DNA from: Octopus sinensis
Lineage: Eukaryota
Direction of reading: 5' to 3'
NCBI RefSeq assembly: GCF_006345805.1
Contig: NC_043025.1
Span: 6,324,001 to 6,388,000, forward strand
DNA length: 64,000 nucleotides
The position numbers were made by a program, and so were the translations under genes. Shown here in pieces: positions 50,531 to 61,193 of the stretch. Every line of letters begins with the position of its first letter. Positions within the stretch are counted from its first letter, which is position 1. The notes under the pieces were generated by a model that made no database searches, had not been told where the DNA came from, and was given only the letters and a program-made list of their open reading frames with translations.

Positions 50531-53231
50531 TTTAGTATTGGCAACATGAATGACAATAGCCAGAGACTACTTGAATTTTGCACACCATAACCTGTGCATC
50601 ACCAACACATTCTTTCCCAACAAGACATCCCACAAGGCATCTTGGAGACATCCAAGATCTCACCACTGGCATCAGTTGGATCTCATCATTACACGAAGAT
50701 CCTTTCTGAATTCTGTTCAACTGACCCGTAGCGCGGATTGTGAGACAGATCATTCACTAATAAGAAGGGTGAGGATTCTGCCTAAAAAGTCCATCACTCC
50801 AAGAAAATTAGCCAACCACGCATTAACACTGCCAGAACCTCGAACCCTACACTGCGACAATGTTTTGCTGTTTTATCAAGGTTGCCCTCAGTAGCTGCCC
50901 AACCTCCTCTGCTGAAAGTAGGTGGAATTATATCAGGGAAGCTTTGTATACCACATCAATAGATGCTTTCGGAATGAGAGAAAGGTAAAACCCAGATTTT
51001 GTTCAGTGCTGGGCTCTCAGAGCTGGAACCAGTTATCGAAGCAAAGCGTACAGCTCTGATGCAATACAAGAGTGGTTCTTCTACAAAGTCACACGAAGAA
51101 CTCAGAAAGGCAAGAAATAAAACCCAACTGACTGCCAGACGCTATGCAAATGGGTATTGAAAGGAAATCTGTCAGAGTATCCAGTCAGCTGCTGACAGTG
51201 GCGACACCTGTGGGATGTATGCCGGTTTGAAGAAGGCCCTCGGTCCATCCGCAAATACCTCAGCCCCTCTGAAATCAACTACTGGAGATCTCATCAGGGA
51301 CCAAAGCAAGCAAATGGATAGATGGATGGAGTACTACCAGGATCTCTACTCACGAGAGACCACGGTAGCTGAGGCTGCAATCGAGGGTGTCAAGATCTTG
51401 CCAGTCATGTGTGAACTTGACAGTCTGCCATCTATAGCAGAGCTCACCAAATCTATTGACTCCCTAGCAAGTAACAAGGCTCCGGGAAAGACGGCATCCC
51501 CTTAGAGATCATCAAAACCGGCAAAAACACCATCCTGCTTCGGCACATTCATGAGCTTCTGTGTCAGTGCAGGTAAGAGGGTACAGTCCCTCAGAATATG
51601 CGGGATGCTAACATCATTACGCTTTACAAAAATAAAAGTGACCGTGATGATTGTAACAATTACCGTGGAATATCTCTTCTAAGCACAGTTGGAAAGGCCT
51701 CTGCTTGCATTATCCTGTCCAGGCTGCAACTAATTGCTTCTCGAATTTATCCAGAATCGCAGTGTGGCTTTAGAAGCAGATCAACTATTGACATGATATT
51801 CTCCATACGCCAACTTCAGAAGTCCAGAGAGCAGAACATGCCATTATATATGGCCTTCATTGATCTGACAAAGGGCTTTGACTTGGTAAGTAGAAAAGGC
51901 CTCTTCATCCTGCTCCAAAAAATCGGAGGTCCACCAAAGCTGCTGAGGATCATCAAATCGTTCCATGCTAATATGCAAGGCACCATACAGCACAATGGTT
52001 CAACATCAGCCGCCTTCCAAATAAAAAATGGGGTAGAGCAATGTTGTGTCCTTGCTCCTACATTATTTGGCATCTTCTTCACGCTGCTGCTGTCACATGC
52101 CTTTGAGACATCAGATGATGGAGTGTTTCTGCACAGTAGAAGTGATGGGGAACTGTTCAATCTCTCGCGTCTGCGTGCCAAGACCAAAATTTCAGAAGCA
52201 TCCTGATCAAGGAGATGCTATTTGCTGATGATGCCGCTCTGGTATCACACACAGAAGAAGCCCTACGAAGGCTCAGCAACTGTTTTCAGCAAGCATTTGG
52301 CAACTTTGGCTTAGTTATCAGCCTCAAGAAGACCAACATCATGGGTCAGGCTACATCGGACATCCCAAACATACATATTGGAGACCACAGAGTATAGGAG
52401 GTGGAGAAGTTTACCTATCTTGGCTCTACCGTCACCTACAACCTATCCCTTGATGCTGAGCTCAATATACGCATTGGCAAGGCAGCTGCTGTGATGGCCC
52501 AACTCACCAAACGCGCATGGGACAACAATAAGCTGACCAAGACCACAAAAATGAAGATTTACCAGGCATGTGTACTTAGCACTCTACTGTATGACTTTGA
52601 CGCCATACACACGCCATACGACGCCATACGTCGCCTAAATATCTTTCACCTGCGCTGTCTCCGGAAAATCCATCGCATCAAATGGCAGAATCATGTCCCT
52701 AACAAAGATGTCCTCAAGCAAGCAGGAATACCAAGCATGTTTGCACTCTTCACACAAAGACGTATGAGATGGCTTGGACATGTTAGCCGTATGGAAGATG
52801 GCAGAATCCCCAAGGACATACTCAACGGAGAGCTTGCTAGGGGCACTAGGTCTGTGGGAAGACCGTTCTTACGATACAAGGATGTTTGCAAAAGGACATG
52901 AATGCCTGCAACATCAATATTACCAACTGGGAAGCAGTTGCCAGCAACCGTGGAGATTGGCGACGTACCGTGAAAGAGGGAACACAAAGGAGTGACACAG
53001 TGAGAAAGGAGAAATGGAAAGACAAGAAAAGACGTCAACAAGAAACTATGACATTACAACCAGTCAGGCAAAGTCTTCGCTACATTTACGGCACCTGCCA
53101 GAGGGAGTGTTTGTCCCGGATAGGACTACACAGCCACAGCAAGAGATGTATTAGGACATGAAATGTAAAAGCCGGACAAGATTATTTTATGCGCAACTCC
53201 ATTGTCTCCCGAGACAAAAAGGATGCCAACA
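50531..53231 (+). mobile_element. 5'-truncated, frameshifted RTE-clade LINE (BovB-like architecture)
   Basis: It includes the endonuclease C-terminus (LCITNTFF...SWRHPRSHHWHQLDLII), RT motifs (NYRGISLLS, PESQCGFR, FIDLTKGFD, LFADDAAL), a C-terminal RWLGHV.RM.DGRIPK motif and the 3' end ccattgtctcccgagacaaaaaggatgccaacaa. Confidence 0.93.
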
Positions 53232-53520
53232 ATATATATGGATTTCGTAGACAGGAACTGTAACAAATAAATCGTATATATGTGTATGTATATATGTAAG
53301 TGTATGTGTGTGTCTTTGTCTCTGTGTTTCGCCCTCATCACTGCTTCACAACTGCTGTTCACTTATTTACATCCACATAACTTACTGGTTTCACAAGAAC
53401 AAACTAATAGAGTAAGTACTAAGCTTATCAACATAAAAAAGCACTAGGCTGTGTCTCATATTTTTGTTTGCTCACTCAGTTGTATCTATCAATTTATCTT
53501 TGTATGTGTGCATGTGTGTG

Positions 53521-53609
<89 letters not shown>

Positions 53610-53623
53610 ATATAATATATATA

Positions 53624-54353
53624 TATATATATAAAACACCCTAATGGGAGCCTTAAATCCCAAATTTTAGTAATTTCTTTTATGATCCAAAACTTGGTCA
53701 AAAGTACTGAATGGATCTTTATGAAATTTGGAAATTATATTCTATGCATAAGGGCCATAACACCCATGACAATTCATATATTTTTGCTGTTGATGAAATT
53801 TTAACCATAGATTCTAACCATAGACATTAGACACAAATAAAATTTCATCTTACAAAGTTAGAAAAACCCCTCCATGGGGACTTAACAACTACAATTTTGT
53901 CATTTTATCTAAGCAAAAATGAATACAGTTGTGCTCTTGGAAGCTGTAGGGTTACCCGAGCATAAAAGATGAGCATTATTTGTAATTCAATGGTACAACA
54001 GTGTAACAGTTTGCTTTGACATACACACTGCATAAATTGTCAAGTAAATGAGAGGCATCTTTGCCTCCACTGATTCAGTTGCAAAGTGTAGAGTAAAATT
54101 TATTTGATTGCAGACCTCCTTTCAGTCTTTTTATTATCACTCGGTCACACATAGTCCCCAGATGGTAACATTGATTATGGGATACATGTGGCACGATTAC
54201 AATTTTTTAGGGTGTGTAAAGATTGAAATAACCCTCATCTGCAATTTTGATGAAATTCGAAACATAGATATTCCAGTTCATCACAGAAGATATAACAGAA
54301 AAGTCTAATTCTCCAATTGAATGTAATCGGGTAACGCCGGGTATCTCTGCTAG
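53624..54353 (+). mobile_element. Probable Helitron-like non-autonomous element
   Basis: The 3' end tcgggtaacgccgggtatctctgCTAG|T resembles the other Helitron-like ends. The 5' boundary is approximate. Confidence 0.5.
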
Positions 54354-54439
54354 TTATATATAAATATAAAAAAGTAAAAGATATGCAATAAATATAAATA
54401 TGTATATAAAAGTAAAAATATGCGCATATATATATATAT

Positions 54440-54711
54440 ATTCTTTCTTTTATTCTTTTACTTGTTTCGACCCGAACACTTCTTTAAAGTAATTCTATAT
54501 ATTTCGCAAGAAAGAACAATAATATTATGTATATACATGCCACCATCGGGGGGACAAACACAAACACACACACAGTTTCCGTCTACCAAATTCACTCACA
54601 AGGCTTTGGTTGGCCTGAGGCTCTAGTAGAAGACGAAGGCGTCGCGTAATGGGGCTGAACCCAGAACCATGTAGTTGGTAAGCAGGCTACTTACCACACA
54701 GCCACTCATGC

Positions 54712-54778
<67 letters not shown>

Positions 54779-55235
54779 TGTGTGTCTGTGTGTAGTTTGA
54801 CAAGTGTCAATGTACGAAACTCTCGCCCCCCGAGTCACTCTGTTGCTTCTGCTAAATATTGATAAACACATATATGACAAGCTTTTTCAGATTCCGTCAA
54901 CCAAGAGCTATAGTAGAAATACCCGCTCAAAGTGCCACGCAGCTGGACGGAACCCGGAACAGCTTACAACACAGTCACGCCTGCTTCTATTCACATATAT
55001 ACATGATATATATTTCTTTTGCTACCCACAAGGGGCTAAACATAGAGGGGACAAACAAGGACAGACAAACGGATTAAGTCGATTACATCGACCCAGTGCG
55101 AAACTGGTACTTTATTTATCGACCCCGAGAGGATGAAAGGCAAAGTCGACCTCGGCGGAATTTGAACTCAGAACGTAGACGAAATACTGCTAAGCATTTC
55201 GCCCGGCGTGCTAACGCTTCTGCCAGCTCGCCGCC
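54440..55235 (-). mobile_element. Degenerate SINE B fragments followed by a full SINE A (55014-55235)
   Basis: They match the reverse complements of both consensus sequences. Confidence 0.75.
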
Positions 55236-56182
55236 TCTTGCATATAAATCTATGTGCGTATATAGACACAGTTATACATACACATACCTAGTCATGGATG
55301 GCTACACACACTAACACACACGTACACATACACATGCACGTAGTCACACGAGTGTACACACAACCACACACATACGCACGCACACACACACATACACACT
55401 CGCACGCACGCACATAATCTCCTTTTCTCTCACCCTTATTCTTCTAAGCAAACACACATCTACACACACATAGAGAGGCATGCATGCACGCAGACATAAA
55501 ATTAATTCGCGGCCAAATTTCAGGGCAGACGTTGAAGAGAAAGGACAAGCTATTGAAAAGGTCGCGAAAAATAGCGACGAACGGACTTTCACGAAGAAGA
55601 AATATAAATTAGAAAAACCACCTTTTATCAATTCAAAATGAACAATTAAATTACACCATCTAGAAAATTACATATAATAGAAATATTAAATATAAAATAA
55701 TAATATACCGATGATTAAGTAATGTGCAAAATAATAAATAAATCGTATATATCATGAATTGATAAAAGGTGTTTTTTTTTCTAATTATATATATATATAC
55801 AGTCTTTTCTGTTGCTTGACCATTAATACCTGCTATATATCTCTCTCTTGCTGCCTTCGAAACACACTGCCACACATACATAGACACACACACATACATG
55901 AAAGCAATTTCTCACACTCAAACACTCTAGCACTCATTCTTAAAATAATTCAAATATAAACACCAGTCATACAGAATACATTCACACTCTTTGATTTCCT
56001 GTACCCCCCTTCTCCTAACCGGATTCTGACCTTGAACTATCTTAACGGACATTCTCGTCTGCTTTCACCCAGCCTGGCGTCAACGCATATAGATAGACAG
56101 TTTGTGCCATTTATTCCATGGGCTCCTCGTGAGCGTTTGTGAAAAGCTTGCTGTGCATTTTGTTGGAGAATTAAGTTCCTGG

Positions 56183-56268
56183 ATTTTCCTGAAGAGAAGG
56201 CTGCAAAATGGACTCCTTATTCAATCCGAATTAGGGACTTTGCAGCCTTTGAAACATATGTAGAAAAT
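56183..56268 (+). ncRNA. Minimal type-I hammerhead ribozyme, near-intact
   Basis: It reads attttc-CTGAAGA-gaaggctgcaaa-[31 nt]-tttgcagccttt-GAAAC-atat-GTA-gaaaat. Helix I is 6/6 bp, helix II is 12 bp (closing G.U) and helix III is the perfect palindrome ACATATGT. Confidence 0.8.
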
Positions 56269-56324
56269 AATAAAAAGGAATTTTGTTAAATCTTCGTTTC
56301 TTCCTACACTAAATATATATATAT

Positions 56325-56412
<88 letters not shown>

Positions 56413-56709
56413 AGATAGGGGTTGAAAATTCAACCCACCATGGGATAACATATTATATTTTATATTTTATATTTCTATTTCCTTGTCTAATTATATTTAC
56501 AATATATTTTGTATAATGCCTTTACTGTTATGTAATGGTGTAATAAAGTATTGATTGGGTATCATCTGCTTCTGATTGGTCAATCCATGGTGATGACCCG
56601 ACGTCACGGTGACGGCACTACTTTTGTCATTCATAAGTTACAACTAAACGTGAAGAATTTAGTTATTGGGTTAATAAAATATGGTCGTTTATTCGTGTGT
56701 AATAAATAA

Positions 56710-56810
56710 AATACCAAACTCATTCCCTATGGATACCGTATTTATTACAACTCGTTTACAAGCCACTCGTTGTAATAAATACGGTATCCATAGGGAACTC
56801 GTTTGGTATT
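56710..56810. repeat. 42-bp inverted repeat with a 17-nt loop (palindromic MITE-like core)
   Basis: The arms 56710-56751 and 56769-56810 have 29 consecutive perfect pairs, a 3-nt mismatch, then 10 more pairs. Confidence 0.85.
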
Positions 56811-57363
56811 CTCTATATATATTCAGTCAAACTAATGCATCTGCTTGTTATTCCTGCACCTGTCTTCGTCCTTTGTTGTTTTCTGTAAATATATCCTTTT
56901 ATATATGTGTGCTGCAAGATTCTTGATGTGAAACCGTGCGTTGAAACAGATATTGTTGTATTTCGAGATAGTTTTTTTTCCCTCTTTTTGCCAATAAACA
57001 GGCGCACTATATAATTCCCTTTTCACTCATTTATTACTGTTCTTATTCTAATTTATGTTTATCGTCCGGAAATCTTTCGTCACACCTCTGTGAACTCTTC
57101 AGCGACACTTTCTGTCTTCGTGTGTACTCTTGCTCCGCTTTTATACATATACACACATACGCGAGTAAATATACGGGTAAAACCCTTGTGGTATGCTATA
57201 TAAAGCTCGTATAAAGTCTTACTCAAAGAAGGTGCATTTCACACCTTGAATTGGTGATAATGATTACACAACATCTCACCAATGAACAAGTGTAAAAATG
57301 TGTCGAAACAATTGTAATGTTTATAGATAATGTCATATATATATAATAATATTATATATATAT

Positions 57364-57413
<50 letters not shown>

Positions 57414-58141
57414 ATATATTATATATATATATAGTATGTATGTATGTATGTATGTATGTATGTATGTATGTATGTATGTATGTATGTGTGTAGTATATAC
57501 TTACATATATATGTATATACATATGCATATATGGGTTCAGGACGTCACAGAAGGTAAACAACAGGAAATACGAAATACGAAAATATGGAATACGAACTTT
57601 TTTGCGAACAGCGAAAGAAACAATAGTATCGATAATGCCCGAAATTGCGTTTGACTCCTCTTGGTTATAACTGATGAAGAATTTGTGACCTTGTGTGTTT
57701 TCTGTTCGCCTGTGCATTTAGTATGTGTTCGTTTGTTTATTTACAATACGTTTATTTTTAATTATATATATATAGATATGTCATATTTTCCGTTTGTTGT
57801 CTTTTTATTTAATCCTGAAGATATTATTTATGTAACGCACGCACTCATTAATCTTTTACCTATATATATATATGTGTGTGCGTGTGTATGTGTGCGTGTG
57901 TGTGTGTGTGAGTGTGTGTGTGTACGCGCGCGTGTGTGTGTGTGTAGTTCAAATTTACAGAAAACAAACGACGAAGACAGGTGAAAGAACAACAAGCAGA
58001 GTTTGAAGGTTTTTTAGTTATAGAAATCGACCCCAGGACTTACTCTTTGGAACCCTAGCACTTATTCTATCGGTTTCTTTTTCCAAAACGCTAAGCTACG
58101 GGGACGTGTATATATATACACACACACACACAATATATATA

Positions 58142-58207
<66 letters not shown>

Positions 58208-58670
58208 CGTAGGAGTGACTGTGTGACAAGAAGTTTGCTGCCTGGTCACTAGGGTCAAATAGATTTGGACGATGGAAACTGAAAAAAGCCCGTCGTATAT
58301 ACGTTTGTGGGCCGGAGGGGGCTAGCTTCGTGCTTGTCCCAGACAACCGCTTGTTGACTTCCTTTCCATCCCCGCAACTTAGAAGTTCGACGAAATTAAC
58401 CGATAGAATATGTCGAATGACTGAGACAAGTAAATGTTTTTTTTTAGATATATCGTAGTAATAGCTAATGTAGTTGTGGTTTACGACCAGTCAGGACGTT
58501 ACCATTGGTTTCACACTTTTTATACTCTTAGCAATATAGACGTCTCCCACGGCTAAGAACGTAAAAGGCGCGAAAGCAAAGGTGACTCCCTGACCGGCCA
58601 TACCAGCCACATAGTTTCGGGTTCATTCATACTGCGTGGCACCTTAGAACCTAGGGTTGGATTCAAAATT

Positions 58671-58725
58671 CTACCAGGACACCTGATGAAGGCTGGAGAG
58701 TAAATCAGCCGAAATTTTGTGGTAG
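58671..58725 (+). ncRNA. Degenerate hammerhead-like motif
   Basis: It reads cac-CTGATGA-a-GGCTG-gagagtaaat-CAGCC-GAAA-tttt-gtg. Helix II is a perfect 5 bp, there is an extra A after A9, and helix III is broken. Confidence 0.45.
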
Positions 58726-59314
58726 CAACAAACAAGATGAGGACAAATATCCGTCCAACGTAAAAAATGTAAATATTGTACAGAATTCCTCATCTCTAAA
58801 ATATAGAACAATTTATGATTGTTTCAAAAATTCCATGTTGACTTAATCTTGCATCGTGTTTTTTAAACGACTCCACAATTAATGTTGTAGTCATATCCGT
58901 TGTACAGATACCCCGTTCATAGAAATGATCCCTCGCAACTCTCTACAAAAAATAATATGCTGAAGTGTTTGTCTATCGCTTAAATATAGGACATTAATCA
59001 ATGTTTATAGTGGACGGCACAGCGGTCACGTTTATAACATGATAGAAGATAAGTCAAAATGAATTTGTAGAAATAATTGTAAACTATGAAACAAAAATAA
59101 TAACGCAAACTCCACTTTTCAGTGCTTATTACTTCTGTAACCTCTCAGAGGAAACATGACTCCTCCTTCACTCCTCTCCACCCTTCATTTATGGTTTGAG
59201 AATAATTCTATAATTGTTGTAAACTGGAATGGAACTTACTCTCTTTCTGCTCACATCCATTCACCATTTAATGCTACTTGCTTTGCATCTTTTAGAGAGA
59301 TAGATTAGATATAA

Positions 59315-59694
59315 CTAGCAGTATCGCCCGGCGTTGCTCGGGTTTGTAAGGGAAATAACTATATAAGCATTTTTAGAGAGTTATAGCCAAAAAATGCATT
59401 AAAATGGAAAAAAGTTATGGTAAATTTTTTTTTAAATCATTGACTCATCGTAGACATTTTTAGAGAGTTACTTTCCTTATATAATATCGAAAAAATGCAT
59501 TAAAATGGAAAAAATTTTGGTAAATTTTTTTAAATCGTAGACTCATCGTAGACGCGCGCTAATACCCAGAAGGGCTCGATATGAATCACGACTATAAGAT
59601 ACCCGGTTTTGGTTAAACTGCACCGCAAAATGTGGGAGTAGTTAGGAATCTAAATCGTAGGAGACAGACACACAACCTCTCTTTTATATAAAGA
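59315..59694 (-). mobile_element. Complete 380-bp non-autonomous Helitron-like element
   Basis: The minus strand reads A|TC tttatataaaagagagg...cccgagcaacgccgggcgatactg CTAG|T. The TC and CTAG ends, subterminal hairpin, A-T insertion site and absence of a TSD all fit a Helitron. Confidence 0.82.
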
Positions 59695-61193
59695 TAAACT
59701 CAAAGAGCAACTAGAAAGTGAAAGTAGTTTCTACTTAGGATGTCTCATAGATAGTGGTGGCAATGGTGTTGGAGGTGGTAGATGTGGTTATCATGGCAGT
59801 GGTGGTGTAGTGGTGACAGTGGATGTGTATGATGGCAGAAATTATAGTGTTGGTGTTTTTGTAAGGTGGTGGTGGTGGTGGTGGCGGCATTGGATGATAA
59901 TGATAATGATGATGGTAGTAGTAGTAGCATTGATTATGTTAGGATGTCTCATGGATGGTAGAGTTGAAGACATTGCAGAGTGTAGTGTGGTGAAATTGGT
60001 GATTTTGAATATGATGCTGGTATTGATCTTGGGGTTGTGGTTGCAGAAGATGGTTGTGGTGGTGGCATTCGAGGTTGTAGTAATGGTTGTAGTGGTGGTT
60101 GTGAAGATGATTCTGATATTGATAGTCTTTGCATTGAGGTGGTGGCAGAGTCAGAGTAAATAATAAGAGCCGAGTTAACACAAGATTCTTAAATTTCGGA
60201 GATCATAAGATAGAGAGCAAGAAGTTAAAAGTTCCAATACTGGCCCAATACCTACACCCCAGATTCTTCAACTATTTTATAAGAAAGGGTTAATGGCAGG
60301 ATAGGGATTCAGCTTTAAAATAAATTGTATAACAAAAAATACATAAATAAATTACTGCTCCAACGATGTAATTTTAGTATGTGTGTATGTATGTATGTAT
60401 GTATGTATGTATGTATGTAGTGTGTTGTGTAAGCAATGCAACAATGGAAAATAATTTAAACACTCATTTTCTGATGTCTAAGGATGGATATTTATGCGTA
60501 TGAATCTTTTTCTTTTTATTTTCTTTGAAATATAATTCTAGGGAACTGAAAAAGCTGTGTACGATGCCAAGCGAATTTAGCTGTTTACGATGAACGGATG
60601 TTTACGTTACAAACGAATCTGTAGGTCTGTTTACATGTTTACGTTAACCACGTCACAAAATAGCTGTTACGTCACAGTAACAATATTTTGAGAGGCAGTA
60701 AATAACATGAGGTCGAAAGAAAGAATATCATTGGTTAAAATTCGAATTATTAAACAACGTTAAACTTAGAAATTACAATTCCGTTTTCATTTTGGGTTAC
60801 AATTATGTTTTCTTTTGACACAGTATACGAAGTTTCAAATTGTTTAGTTAACTAAGAAAATCTGGCCTTCAAACTGAAAAGATCCCATTTTTCTTTTCAA
60901 GAACTATCGTTGAAACTGAACAAACTGAACTGTTGTCGGTCGCCTTTAGTTGAGAGTGCTGTCTGTTTCATTGAAACATATCGCAACATATTTCACCTTC
61001 TTTCCTCTTGAACCTGAGATCAGCACCTTGTCATCTCCGTCGCTAACCCCTGGCTGACTCTTTGAATTTGCAGGTAACTGAGTTTATTCAAAGCAAGTCA
61101 AGGGGATGTTGTTAGTCTTCCGTCGGGTGATCTTTCCCGTTGAGCATATGTAATAACCAGTTCCAGATTCATTTCAAGGAAGTAACACTAAAT

